From Daphnia carinata (lineage: Eukaryota): a stretch of DNA of 64,000 bases. The notes under the pieces are model-generated. The model worked only from the letters and a program-made list of their open reading frames with translations. It was not told the DNA's origin and searched no databases. This document shows positions 40,499 to 54,821 of the stretch, in pieces. The stretch covers positions 12,524,001 to 12,588,000 of the forward strand of contig NC_081333.1 of NCBI RefSeq assembly GCF_022539665.2, written 5' to 3'. A program made the position numbers and the translations under genes. Position 1 is the stretch's first letter. Each line of letters starts with the position of its first letter.

Positions 40499-42585
40499 CT
40501 ATTTGCGGCCAGATGCAGTGGTTCTATTCGGCGTGTACAGCTTGTTCCCTTCAACAGCCTCGAGGACGGAAACTTCCATAAGAGAATTCGACGGTTCAAC
40601 TATACGGGAGTATCATCAATGAAGTTTTAGAATCCTGTTGAAAAATATGAAAATTTACCGCATCTTGCTGACATTGGTGAATGGATTATTTTAGTTGACG
40701 TGGCAGTGTTTCGGGAGATTTGAATTCGACCATTATGTTTCATAACTGTTGGTATAGGTCCTCTTTCCATTAGTTTTCCTATTTTGCCTCTCGTTCCAGG
40801 CATCTTACGGGGAGAAGGCATAGGCTGCTCGTTAATCTGGATTGAAAGTAGATGGAACAGTAGAGGAATAAAATTTCCGAAGTTTCTCCACGCCTCGAAT
40901 CTTACCAGGGTAGCAGCAGCTTCGTGTAGAACACATGGAAGGACTGGTACGAAATCGCTTTCTTGAACACAATTCTCCTTCGATGAAACACTGCTGCTTC
41001 GTGGCGTCTTAGCTACACTCCAACGCCCATCTTTATTCTTAACGGCGACTGGAACTGGCTTAATCATAGGTATGCTCTGTATTTGCTTTTTTTTCTGAGC
41101 CGAACGGACATTTTCAATCAAGATGGGCTCTGGCAAACTGCGGATATACATTCCAACGGGACTTGAAGCAACTAAGGCATTCTTCGGCACCATATTTTTT
41201 GTCGTGGCAGCTTTCTTAGCACTTCCGTGTTGCAAAGGAGTTGATTGACATTTTATGCCATAATGCGATGGTGTCTTCATAGGGGTTTCCAGTTTAGTCC
41301 GAGAGGGAGAAGGCATATGGCACATTTCAGCTGTTTGCGCGTCCTTCTTAGTGGGTGTCTCTAGAACACTTTGGGCCAAAAATAGACAATCCATTTCTTC
41401 GGCCAGGGCTTCTACAGATTTCGTTTTTCGTTCAATGGCTAATTTGATGGCTAGATGTTGAGTTACGGCAGTACTGTTTTCTGCAACACACGGTTCAAGA
41501 TCGCTCTTCCTGTTTTTACATTCCTCTAAATCCTGAGCTTTAATGTTTTCCTTTCCGCCTTCGTATTCACTAAAATATTATGTTTCAGTTTAGATGCTCA
41601 ACAAGCATATCCAGTTTATATGACACAACATTTCAGCTTACCTGGCCGTATGCAGCTGGTTGTCCGGCGGAGACGCTTCCAATTTGCTTTCCTTGTAAGA
41701 CTTGTTGTCTCTGAATTGCAAAGAAATATTTCCAAAGATGAGTTGAATGATAGATTAAACAAAAACAAAAAATTCACCTTGCTGTGTACTCCACTACTCC
41801 TGAAGAGTGACGACAAATACCTTTAAAATCAAATTATGTTAGAAAAATGCTCCAGGATAATTACTAAATATTTTTTTAATGACCTAATTCAGGAATATCT
41901 TCTCCTCTTTCCAGCCTTTCAGCTAATGCAAGCATCCTTTCTTGGATTTCCCAGGTGTCATTTAGCTCACCAACATCAGAAACCTCCAGCTGACTTCCAT
42001 CTATGATTGATTCATGCACAGATTCCACATGAGATTGGTCTGGGCTTGAATCTAGTACACATGCATCCTCCTTTTGGTTTATGCTTGAATATGACAAATT
42101 CTCCAAACTGGGTACTATGCTTGGTTCGTGTAAGGATTTAGCAGATAGATTATTGACATCTATTATGTCACATGAAACTTGTTTTGCCACATCTCCATTT
42201 GATGTGTAGCAACTTGTAAACGACTCTTCTGTAGTATCAGGATCAAGACCGTAAACTTCTTGAATAGCTTTATCATTCATTTCATTTCTTTGAACTTGAT
42301 CTTTGAAATCTTCCCATTCGTGGAAAGTCATGCCTCTCTTTGATATTTGTGCAATTTCACTGTAAAAATGAAGTTGGAAATACAATTAACTGTTTAAGAG
42401 GTAAGTACTGTATTCACTAAAGGGAAAACTAACCATGGATGAAGAGTCTTTCGTGGTAAAGGCTTCATAACTTCTATCTCCCTTTCAGTAACAGGGCCAA
42501 AAAACACTTCATTATCTACATCCAAAAAGCATTCAACTTCACCGTCAGATTTATCGAGTATGACTTCCAAATCTATGTCAGTCAT
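40499..42585 (-). CDS. Low-complexity Ser/Thr/Pro-rich protein with a GTSE1-N-like motif, multi-exon
   Basis: N-terminal DNEVFFGPVTEREI resembles the GTSE1_N DEVFFGP motif. Many TP/SP sites. Exons join with GT-AG introns and end ...TASGRK* at 40501-40499. Orthology is uncertain. Confidence 0.55.
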
Positions 42586-45193
42586 CTTATATCTATGCCA
42601 AAAGGGCGTTTCAGTTTAAACAAATTATAACACAACAGTTAAACCGATCGTTCACGACTCACAGACTTACGACTTCGTAATTTCGAAGTTTGAAAAAGTG
42701 ACGGTTTCGTCTCCAGCTGATTGTATAGGATAGATGAGAACCAATGAAATGTGAGAGTTTTAAGAAAACATCATTGCCATTCATTCCGTAGAGTTGTAAT
42801 AAAAACAATAATAATTCGGTATCTTAAAATTTTTGACAATTTTTTATTTCTTTTTCTTCGAAAATACCAATAGGTAAAGATAAGACAAACTGATAAGTCA
42901 TCAATCACGAATTTGAAGAACAGTGTTCGTCATTTGTTTGTGAAAGCTTCTTTTCCCGGGCAAAGGTATGCTGTCAAAGCGTTAAAATGGGGCTCGATTG
43001 ATAATTCGATGCCGAGAAATTTTAAAAGAGAACATTTTCTGATTGTATTGATATTCTAATTGAAGTTAAATTGGAGGTTGAAGTAGTGATTTCAAAAACG
43101 GGAGTTTCCCTTGTCATTTCAGTAAAGTAAAATGTGAACGAATTGATTATGCATGCAAACCTATCAACGTGTTTGATCAATATACCCAAATGAGAATCCC
43201 GCTTGTCTCATGGCGACCTTACATTGACGTTACGTTTTGTACCTGGTGAAACTCGCTGTAGTTTTTCAACGAATTGGAGGTAAATTTTACTTAAACACTT
43301 GGATTTTTAGCCTTCCTGGTTGTACTGAATAGTGCCAATGACGATGGTAAAGCTTGTGTCTCGTGTAACAAACAGCAAGCCGAGTTTCTTACACTTGTAA
43401 TCAGGCGCCGATTGCCTGTACATTTTTCGTGTACAAACATTCTCACCAAGTTGACGCAGTTCTGTGAATCTCTGCTTAATTTCATAAGCATTAGAAATTG
43501 TTGCTTAAGAACTGTTTTCTCGTTTTGTATGCTGCACAAGCGGTAGATGTCGCCGAGAATGCTGCTCCGAAAAAAAAATAGTACCTATTCCTCTATCCCG
43601 TTATTGTGGAACACAGTGGCGTAGTGCATTCTTGTATGACCTGTTGAGGAACCAGAGTTGAGAACTTTCTCTGGGAGTTAAACCGGAGAAACGCGCTGTT
43701 GCTGACGGAATTGCAACGTCTAGGTAAGTTTATGTATTTTCATTTTCTTTAGTTGTTTAATCAGGGTTTTGTGAAACAAATCTCAACACATTTTAGCCAA
43801 AGACTTGGCCAATATCATGTGATGGTAACTGACAGTTTTGGAAAGCAGTGGCCCAAAAAATCTTGGTTGTAGCAACATGTTTGTTATTTTGGGGCACGAA
43901 CAAAGAGCCGAGGTTTCCCTAGATTTCTTACACACCTAAATCCGTTATGTTGGACAAATCAGCAAAATGTCGGGATTTTTCCTGTATGACGTTTTTCATT
44001 CATTACAACGAATTGACGGAAGTCCTTTAATATCAGATTTTTTAACTAAAATACTCCGGAAATGAAAAATAATAGAAACGCCGATTTCACATTTCTCTGT
44101 GCCCTCGTTTCTTTTGTGTACAAACTAAAGATCTTTGTTTGCATTGTGTTCAATAATATCTTTCAAGTGTTATGTTTTTGTATTGGGAGGTGTGTAAAAC
44201 TTGAAGGCTGTAGTGCTGGAAAAAAAAGGAACCTACAGGGAAAGTAGTTTCTAATTTCTCTCTGTAAACCAATAGGAACTCAGGAACACAAAAGGGTATA
44301 TATATATATGTGTATAGAATATGAAAAGAAAGCGTGAGTGCCCAGAGAATTTTAGCACCCCGTTGCTGTAAGCATCGTGATTTTGCTCACCAAATTGAAA
44401 TTTCCCTCTCTTAAACCTGTACGAGCTTGCGCACAGAGTTTTGTAATTTGAACTGCGGGAAAAAGGGCTGTATCGCGTGAAATCAAAATAGTCTGGCGAA
44501 CTGGGCGTTTTTCGTGATCGGTATCAGTTAATTTTATTTTACAGAAAGAAAAATCATCCGTCGTGATATTAATATGTGCCACAACTCTGTCTTTGGTGTA
44601 CGTTTCGTTAGATAGCCGTTGTTACCCTCGGCTAGCGGTTTTCTTAAACGAGAGGTCGGTTGAATGTTCTAAGCTTTGTATACGTGTCCAGAATGAATGC
44701 AGTGGGGTTTGAGCCCAATTTCCGTTGATGGAGTTTCGGGAAGTGTCGAATGTGTTAATCAATCTAAACTTGTCCAAATCCGTCATATTTTATTTTCAAA
44801 GCTCGTTTGGTAGTAGTGACGTGAATTCTTAACATCCCAGGCAAATGAAATCAAGAACATAAATTCTATCAAGGTCGTTAAAGAATGAATGGTCCATCTC
44901 ATCTTGATTAGGGAATCTGTAAATGTGCTCATTTTTATCGTAACGTGTGCATGTAAACTTAATATTTAGCCATTTATGGCTTATATAAATAAAAATCGGT
45001 TTGAATATGGAGCAAAATTGAGTTCGTTGGGACCAAGCCAAAAACTATTGTCCAGAAAAGAAAAAAGACAACAAAAAGTTTCAAAAAAGCTTGGAATGAA
45101 TTAAAATTTGCTGTATTGTCATTTTTCTAGTTAGTTAATTGTTCCTTTTTTTGTTGTTTTTATTTTTTTTAGCATTTGAGACTTTTTCACAGC

Positions 45194-46939
45194 ATGATGA
45201 GAACTTCAAACCTTCTGCGCTGGACAAACAACACCAAGAATGGCAGCAATAACAAAAGCAACAACAAAAATTGGATTCACACACCCGAATCTCTCATGCA
45301 CGGCCACATTGCTTATCTAGTCAAGGTACTTGAAAAAACATGATTTGTAATTACGCTGTGAAACCACATTATAGCTTTCCTGGCTTTCCGACCACTTGTA
45401 GTTTTTGGGAAACACGGATGTCGAACAACCTAAAGGGATTGAAGTAGTGAAGGAAGGCATCCGAAAACTGCGTTTCTCTCAGCAGCTTCGCAAAGCCGAG
45501 GGCCAGCGAACTCCTAAAGTAGAATTGACGGTCTCAGTTGATGGCGTCGCGATTCAAGAACCTAAAGGAAAGGTATTAATGCATGACGTTGTTAACTGTT
45601 TTTAAACTGATTATTAATTAATATTTTTTCTTTGGCGTTTCGCGTTTCATTTTTCCAAATAGCGAATTCTCCACCAGTATCCCCTTCATCGTATTTCCTA
45701 TTGTGCAGACGATAAAGCTGAAAAGAAGTTTTTCAGTTTTATTGCTAAAGAAGAGGATTCGGAAAAACATACCTGCTATGTTTTTGTTAGTGACAAACTG
45801 GTAATGTTTAAACTTCATACACATCCACTAAACAGTGATTTTTTAAAATGCATATATTGACTTTAGGCCGAGGAAATAACATTGACTATTGGGCAAGCCT
45901 TTGACTTGGCCTACCGACGGTTTTTAGAAAGCAGTGGGCGGGAAGTCGAAGGCCGTCGACAAGTAAGCCAACTGCAGGAAAAACTTGACAACTTGGAACG
46001 TCAAAATCAAGTCCTACGTCGTCGCCTTCTCGAACTTAGCAATTTGGTCGACAATAATAAAATGGCTGGATTCTTAGAATCTGAAGGGGTAAAAAAGCCT
46101 TTTAAGTAAAGCGAGTAAAAAGCATATAGTTGTTAAGAGAAACTTAGGCAATAGGACGTACCCCATTATATTCAATGAATAATTATATCGAAACATGCTA
46201 CAGGTGACTAACGTATTGGACGTGGCTCTGGATTCGGATAATGTTTCCTCATTGAATGGTTCCACAACTACCACCAACCGATCGACTAACGGTGGGAACC
46301 AGGATGAGACACTGATCAGCTTTCACACTAATGACAGACCCAATACGGTACCGCAAACAAACAATCAGTATCCGAATTTGCCCCCGGTGCCACCTCGATC
46401 ATTTGAAGCCAAAGGAGTGAAATCGTAAGTCGATGACATTAGCTTCGTGTACGGCAAATTTAACGTTTGTTTCCCCCTGAAGCGACATCGCCATGGGAGA
46501 TTTTGTTGACAGTGATGATGACTTTGATCCTCGTGGTAGCGATACTACAATTATGAATAACAACGCACGCAACGCCACCATAAATATGCCTTTAGGTAAA
46601 TTTGTGTGATTTGATAAAACCACAATTATATTGAATATTGGAACTCTGTTCAACTATTCAGGATTTCTTTCAACGCTACAACCGAAAATCGAAAAGAAAA
46701 ACGGAAAAAGCCCGCATGAGAAGGATATTTTCGGCGCAGAACCGTTTGGAGACAATAGCACCGACCCTTTTGGTATGGCAGATTTCGGACGAGTCGTTTC
46801 GCAGACGGACCAAGAAATGAACTTCAATTCGGGTGTCTTAAATCGCCGCATGACTGAAATGCAAGAAGGTTTCACACGAGGAATTTCATTTGAAGGCGAC
46901 GATTTTAATCTAGAAAGCCTAGATCCTCTACGTCTTTGA
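45194..46939 (+). CDS. ced-6: PTB domain-containing engulfment adaptor CED-6/GULP1
   Basis: WIHTPESLMHGHIAYLVKFLGNTDVEQPKGIEVVKEGIRKLRF...YPLHRISYCADDKAEKKFFSFIAK...AEEITLTIGQAFDLAYRRF, a leucine zipper, PPVPPR, and C-terminal EMQEGFTRGISF...LESLDPL. Confidence 0.93.
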
Positions 46940-47934
46940 AAGCTGAACAAAAAAAAAACAAAAAAAGTACTTAACACCGTAAGTGTGAGAAAGAAACGGC
47001 GTATTTTTTATTCTTGAAACATTGAAACGTTTATGAATTCCAAAGGTCTAACTATCATTACTGTAATAGATACTTCTAATGGCGCCGTGTGATGTTTATC
47101 GTGGTGCTGATGGATAAGAACTATTAGCCTTATGTTGATGGGAAATTGCCTGTTTTGCGAAACATTCCTTGAAACGCTTTTTAGCATTGCACTCAAACCA
47201 AGAAAAAAAAATTGTACTTCTCCCTCTCATGCGACAGCGATTTAAAATGCACAATGGATTGGATAGGGCCATGGCAGGCCCATTTTATCAGTTGGATGCC
47301 ATGTAAAAAGAGAATCCTAGAACTATTTTCTGCTGTGCTTTAACTAACACTCTAGCTTCACATTATTCCAAATCTTCAATTCAGATAACATCAGTCCTGG
47401 CCGACTTTCAAAACATCTATGATACGAAACATCACTGAACATTCTATATAAGAAGCATGCCCTTATAACTTTTACTATGTACTATCGAAAACAATTCTAA
47501 TATCATGTGAGCAACCGATGGTTCTAAAAACGAAATATATTTAGCAACCTTATAAGGTTTAGTTTATTTTTCCTGGGTTGTTTAGATTTTTATAGGTTAC
47601 ATTGTACTTTTATTACTCACATGAATGCTTATTATGAAATGATGTCAAAAACTCAATACAATATTATACTGTACAAAATATTATGTTGTACGTTTATTTC
47701 ATTTTTTTTAGCGTATACCAATCATTTTTTTGGTTGATTTTGCTTCATAATGTAACGGTATAAATTGCATATAAATTCCAATTAGTACAGTACGTACTTT
47801 TAAATTCTAACCTTTTACAGCAGACGAATTTCTTGAAATGCACTAAGAAAAAACGACTCGAAACGCAATCTCGGCGTTGGTTTTTGTATTTGTATTGTAA
47901 ACATAGATTTGTTATAATAGTTTCAGTTTGCGCT

Positions 47935-48825
47935 ATGGAACACAATCATTTACATGGTCACCATTGTGAGTGTGGCCAAGAAACCAAAACTGAAAACTTG
48001 GCTGAACTATATAACTTGTATTCCAAGATCGACATGGAAAATCTGGAGTGTTTAAATGAAGCTGTAGAAAATTCTGCGAAAAGTGTTTTTCGGCCTTGGG
48101 ACCAACGTCTCGATAGCACGAAGGTTATCTTTTCTGTTTGTTTTTTTATGGTTTCCCAGGCATAAATGATTTTTGTGTATTTCAGTTTGTTGAAAGTGAT
48201 GCAGATGAAGAGCTACTATTCAACATTCCGTATGTTCATCATGAATTTATGATGCAATAGCTTGTGTGGATGCCTATTACATACAAATGCTAATGAATAA
48301 TATAAAGATTTACAGGTAATGTGAAGTTGAAAGGATTGATCCTTATAGGGGGAGAAGGAGGAACACACCCATCAGTGGTGCGCTTGTAAGTATATATTTT
48401 AACATTCTAATTTTAGGAGAGTTTGTGTTAAAACACAGTTGGTTCCAGATTCAAGAATCGACCTCATATGACTTTTGATGATGCAACAAGCCAACCAGAG
48501 CAAGAGTTAAATCTTGTTGAAGACTTAGAAGGAACTGTAGAATATGCCACCAAGTAGGTGATAATGGATGTAACACATCTAATTTACTGATCTTATTGCA
48601 GGCATATTCTATGGTAGGATAGTGAAATTTTCTTCTGTCTACCATTTGACACTGCATTTTCCAAAAAACTATGGTTCTGACACATCAAAAATTCAATTCA
48701 TTGGTCTCAAAGGAGATTGGTCAGAAGGTCATAGACATGGTGTTACTCTATGCACCTATGAAGCCACCCCATCAATGGCGGACCACAAAGACAAAGTGTT
48801 AGAAACTACCAATTTGAATATATGA
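47935..48825 (+). CDS. PITHD1: PITH domain-containing protein 1
   Basis: YNLYSKIDMENLECLNE...FVESDADEELLFNIPFTGNVKLKG...FSSVYHLTLHFPKNYG...FIGLKGDWSEGHRHGVTLCTYEATPSMADHK. Confidence 0.93.
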
Positions 48826-49088
48826 TTTCTCTAATGGAGTTAATGCCAACTTTCAAAAATAAAAAAATAAACCAACTTTTATATCGATTACTTATCAAAC
48901 AGGAACTTCTAACTATCGCCACAGGTGGCTGAGATTTTTTTTTTTCCCGGGAGTCTGAGACGTAATTGTACAAAAGGTCTTGGCTAAGGTTAACAAAAAT
49001 TCTGATCACATAGGCCTTCCCCCGCAGGATTCCTTTAAATTACCGTGGTTATTTAATTAATTTGTTTGTTTCATTAAACTGGTTGAAA

Positions 49089-50150
49089 ATGGCAGCTATA
49101 GTACGCACAAAAGTTGAGTTGTTCTATGATGTTGTGTCCCCATACAGTTGGTTTGGATTTGAGGTATCTTACATGTTTCACTTATCAAAAGTTGTCCAAA
49201 GTTGCAGTTAGTTTTCTGGTCATTCAAATATGGTATTTTTCTCTAAGGCTCTTTGTCGGTATCGGACGCATTGGAAAATGGATTTAGTTCTTCGACCATT
49301 TTTTCTTGGGGGTGTAATGAAGGAATCTGGAAACAGACCCCCAATGATGGTTCCGTCAAAACTCTTGTACATGCAAAAAGATCTTCTGAGAAATGCAGCT
49401 TATTTTGGAGTCCCTTTAAAACTAATTGAGGTATCTTTTCAAGTTGGATTTTAATATTAGCATCCTAGATGGTTGTCTATAATTGATAGAAATAGTATCA
49501 TGATCAGTATATCCATAATAATTAGGCATTATTTTAGGATCCTTTTCATGTCATGATTGAGAAGGGAACTGTAAAAGCCCAAAGATTTTTAACAGCCATT
49601 GGTGATAAGCATCCTGAGCATCTTGAAGGTGTTTCACGTGAACTATGGAAAAGGATATGGTCTAGGGTGAGTGGGTTATGCCACTATATAATGCCTCAAA
49701 CCTTTTAACTGATTAATGCTTGTGAAGGGAGAGGACATTGTTGAAGATGAAAATTTACATCTTGCAGCCAAGGCTGCAAACATGAAAGATGTTCATATAC
49801 AAGAATGTTTGAAACTATTGAATGATTCTAGTGTCAAGTTGGCCCTTAAGAAATCCACAGAGGCTGCAATTGAATATGGGGTATGAAGTTTCTCTTGGCT
49901 CACGTCATCATCCAAGTCATTTTAATTTTGTGTACCGAAACGATTTTGATAGATACCCAAGGATTGGGCGTTGAAAAATCCTAATAAAATGATTAATAGT
50001 ATTATTAATTTGTAGGCTTTTGGGGCTCCTACCATTATTGTTCATTCGAAAGGCCATCCAGAAATATTTTTTGGATCGGACCGCTTTCCTATAATTGCTC
50101 AAATTATGAATGAAGAATGGAAAGGGCCGTCTCCAGAACCGAAAAATTAA
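49089..50150 (+). CDS. GSTK1: Glutathione S-transferase kappa, copy A
   Basis: KVELFYDVVSPYSWFGFE...LRPFFLGGVMKESGNRPP...VSRELWKRIW...GAFGAPT...FFGSDRF...WKGPSPEPKN*. Confidence 0.92.
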
Positions 50151-50647
50151 CTTTGATTTTACACAGTGCACGAAAAATTATGAGGCGGCGTTCATAGCTT
50201 GCCTAATTATTAGAATCTTTTTAAAATGGATATATATTATTTGAGGAAAAAATAATAAATGAAAAATACAACCAGAAATTGAAAAAACCGTTGATATTTT
50301 TTCTTCAAACAAGCGATTTTTAAATAGAAAAAATCTATTTCGTGTGAGTTGTTGGCTTATCTCAACAAACCTCATGGGTTAATCAAGTTTAAATAGCGCG
50401 CCTTGCGCAGAACAGTGTCATGTGATCATTTGGTCGTCTGCTCTGTCCAAATCCAATCCACTGAAAACTAAAAAAGTAAACAAGTCAATGTGTTTCAAAG
50501 TCTGAGCTGATAATGGCAAAGCACGTTATCTATTAGCTTTTCGTTTGCTGTCAGAGTATCTAACCTTCTTGGTTGTTCGTAGTCAAAAGTGAAGGTCTAA
50601 TTGGGCGCAGGTGCAAGAGTTGGTGTCATCCGTGAAGAACTTAAGAA

Positions 50648-51622
50648 ATGACATCCTCTCCGAGAATCAAAGTTGAATTGTACTACGACGTTGTGTCTCC
50701 ATATACTTGGTTTGGTTTTGAGGTAATATTTATGTCTATTTCATACATACTTGGAATTAAGTTTGCCTTGTTTTTTTCTTCCAGGTTCTGTGTCGTTATA
50801 GGCACCATTGGAATATGGATCTTGTTCTAAGACCATTTTTCCTTGGAGGGGTTATGAAGGCATCTGGAAATAAGCCCCCAATGACTGTAGCATCAAAAGG
50901 TATGTACATGCAGAAGGATATTCAAAGAAGTGCGGAATACTTTAAGGTTGATCTAAAACTTATAGAGGTAATTCAACCATTGGCTTTCTAACTGAAATTT
51001 TAAAGTTTAATTAAATTTTCCAGGATCCATACAATGTGCTTGTTCAAAAAGGATCGCTGAGAGCCATGAGGTTTCTAACTGCTATAAATCTTCATTGCCC
51101 TCAGTATCTAGAAAGTGTTTCTCGTGAGCTGTGGCGTAGAATTTGGTCTAAAGTAAGTACAAGAAGCAAAAATACAAATGAACAATCTATTGAAAATATA
51201 AGCAAGACAAATAATCATTAGTTGAAATTAGGGAGAAGATATTGTGGCAGATGACAGCCTCATAATGGCGGCTAAAGAAGCAAAAATGGAAGAAAATGAC
51301 ATTAAGGAATGTTTAAGTAAAATGGACGATTCAGGAACAAAAGATGCCTTAAAAATGGCTACCGAACAGGCAGTTGACTACGGGGTAACGGCTTACTCAA
51401 ACTCGAGGAGTACAGGGCATCCTCTGCCTCCAATTTAATATGGTTAAGTAAGATGGTGAACCAATGTTTTGTTCCTAACAGGCTTTTGGTGCACCAACCA
51501 TAGTAGTTCATGCAAAAGAAGGCCCAGAAATGTTTTTCGGATCAGATCGCTTCCCACTGGTAGCCCAAATGATGAATGAAGACTGGAAGGGACCAGTTCC
51601 AGATCAAAAGAGTAAACTATGA
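50648..51622 (+). CDS. GSTK1: Glutathione S-transferase kappa, copy B (C-terminal SKL)
   Basis: KVELYYDVVSPYTWFGFE...GSLRAMRFL...GAFGAPT...FFGSDRF...WKGPVPDQKSKL*. Same intron positions as copy A. Confidence 0.92.
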
Positions 51623-52247
51623 TGCATGCTTTGTCTCCTATATTTTGGTTGGTGCTGCATCAATATAATTTCTGGTAAGAAATGGTACCATGTTAGGGGA
51701 GGGGATTTGAAGTAACCTTATTCAGAAAAGAAGAAAAATTTTCTCTAGATGTACATTGAAATTTCCAAGGGTTGGTTATCTTTAGCCACTGTTATTTTTA
51801 CACAAGGCTTAACGGACGTGTTAAATATACAGCACAAACTTGTTAATGAAAATAAACCGTTTGTTTCACTAGGCAGAATTATGCTTTAAACTCTAGACCT
51901 TTAAAAACGCGGGCTGGCGGTTGCCATGGGTAAAGCGTCTGCTTTCCAGTCTGTCATGTTCGGCTTCAAGGTTGTGGGTTTTCAAGTACCGTTCCCGTTC
52001 TTGTACACCAGCTGGCAGAGTCAGTTCTTGTTCGATTTTCACGCTGTAAGTTAATTTTTTGTTTCTCTTCACCTTTCTAGTATTATAATTGTCTTCAGGT
52101 AAATTCGTTATTTTTTTTAAAATTCTCAGCCCCATTGGGCAACCATATCGACATAGTTTTCTTACGGTTACTCTATCGCTTTTCAACTGTATAAGTAAAA
52201 CCAAATTTTGCGACTTGAAAGGAAACACTATTCCAGGTTTCGCAAAA

Positions 52248-54821
52248 ATGGACATCAATACAGGTAATCCAGATTTGGATAGCAAAGTCAGGGATTGGTT
52301 GAATTGGGATAAGGTACATGACAAAATTTAAGCATAACAGAACTTCTTGAAATAATGTAGTTTTGTCATTTTCTTAACAGAATGAGAAAAATGTAGCTGA
52401 AATTGAAGGTTTGTTGAAACAAAATGACACAGCAACACTTTTGAAAATTTTTGGGAAACGTTTGGAGTTTGGAACAGGCAATAGCAAAACAATTTCCTAT
52501 TGTTATGTTTACATATTTTTTTCACAACAAAGAATTTTAAAACCCTGGCAGCTGGTCTTAGAGGAGTTATGGCAGCTGGACCTAGCAGAATGAATGATTT
52601 GACAGTAATCCAAGCAACACAAGGAATGGCAAAATATCTTCTAGAATGCTTTGACGATGTAAAAACCCAAGGCGTGGCGATAGGCTATGATGGAAGGCAC
52701 AATAGTAGCAGGTAAAATGCGGAGTATCGTTGTTTTAATTGCTGTTTTAAAACGAAACTAATTCGTTATTTTGGCTGCCTGTTTATAGATTTGCTCGATT
52801 GGCTACACGAGCATTTATTTCAATGGGCATTCCTGTCCATCTCTTTTCTGCGCTAGTCCCTACTCCGTATATTCCATTCAGTGTATGCCAGCTAAAAACT
52901 AAAGCCGGCATCATGATAACTGCATCCCACAATCCCAAAGAAGACAATGGATACAAAGTCTATTGGGACAATGGAGCACAGGTATTTTTTCTTTCTTGTT
53001 TTCCGTTAGACAGGTTTCTGAAATAACCGTAAATAAAAACCTTTCTTGTTTTTCTTTTTTCCTCAGCTTATTTCTCCTCATGACGGAAACATTCTTAAAC
53101 GTAGTTTAGACAATTTGGCTCCATGGGGTGAAGCCTGGGACGACTCGGTTAGGGAACATCCTTTGGTTTCTGACCCACTAGCAAACATAACCCAACTCTA
53201 TTTCGACATCCTTGCCAAGGAATGCGTACGAAGCGAACTCAACCAAAAAACCGCCCTCAAGGTGAGTTTGCCACAGACGGCTTTTACGTAATAATATGAG
53301 ACTAATCCGGTTTGTCTTTTTCCTTATGCAGTTTACCTATACACCTGTTCATGGTGTCGGAGCTCCTTATGTGAAAATGGCTTTCGATACTTGCAAATTC
53401 CAGGTAGTTGTGAAACAACAAAAAGAAAGTCGGTATTGAATCTTAACTATTTGCAATTACCATCAAGCCATACATCCCAGTTGAAGAGCAGATTGAGCCA
53501 GACCCTGAATTTTCTACTGTGAAATTCCCTAACCCTGAAGAGGGCAAATCTACTTTAAATCTAGCACTGGCAACTGCGTCGCTTAACAATTCCACGGTGA
53601 TTTTGGCCAACGATCCCGATGCGGATCGCCTAGCGTGTGCTGAATTGCAACCAAAGTAAGCTGACAAGATGGACAGCAGCAAATCCCCTTTGATCCTCTT
53701 AACTGAACATGCACTTAATTGCAGCGGAGAGTGGAAAGTCTTTACGGGCAATGAGTTGGGAGCGATACTCGGTTGGTGGATGTGGACCCGAGCAGTGCAA
53801 AAGGGACAAGATCCTAAGACAGCAGCCATGATCGCGTCAACTGTTTCATCCAAGATCCTTCAGACGATGGCCGAACAAGAGGGTTTCTTGTTTGAGGAAA
53901 CGCTTACCGGTTTCAAGTGGATGGCCAACCGCGGACTACAGTTACAAAAAGAAGGATACAAAATCTTGTTTGCCTTTGAGGGTTCGTTAGATAAATTGGC
54001 CACATGCTGGGCAGCATTATCTATTTTTTTTTTTTTTTTTTTGCATCCACAGAGGCTATTGGTTTTATGTGTGGCATTCACGTCCCGGATAAAGACGGCG
54101 TTTCGGCCGCCGCTCATTTGGCCGAATTGGCCGTCTATTTGGAGAACAAGGGTACTACGCTCAGCGGACAGCTAGAGGAAATCTACATCAAGTAATTACA
54201 ATTTGTTTGGCTGAATGAGGATAAATTGTTTTTGCTAACCGTCGAATTCATCTTAGATATGGCCAACATGTTACGCTGAACTCGTATTATTTGTGCTACG
54301 ATCCTATTATAATTAGCCGCATCTTTGAACGTCTTCGCAATTTTGAAATGGAACCTAAAACGGTATTTTTTAAAATTATTTTGAGCAATTATTGTGTGCT
54401 GACTTTCTTATCCGTTGTCCTCGCGTAGTATCCGAAGTCCTTGATGAATGGCAAGTATGTCATTAAAGGTGTCCGTGATCTAACAAATGGCTTTGATTCG
54501 CGACAGCCGGATGGCAAGGCTCTGCTTCCAACTTCAAGCTCTTCGCAAATGATCACGTTCTACTTTGAAAACGGATTAGATGCGACCATACGAACAAGTG
54601 GCACCGAGCCTAAAATCAAATACTACACTGAACTCCGCGCTCCGCCAACTCAAACGTAATATTATCGAATGTCCACAATGCAACACATAGTTGGTTAATA
54701 TTATATTTCATTTGTTAGTGACCGTCAACAAGTTCAAGCGACTCTAGAAGAGATGGTTCAAGCTCTAGTGGAAGAATTTCTTCAACCGACGTTGAATCAC
54801 CTCACTCCCCGCCCTGAATGA
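52248..54821 (+). CDS. PGM2: Phosphoglucomutase-2 / phosphopentomutase, multi-exon
   Basis: [78 protein letters not shown]. Confidence 0.94.
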
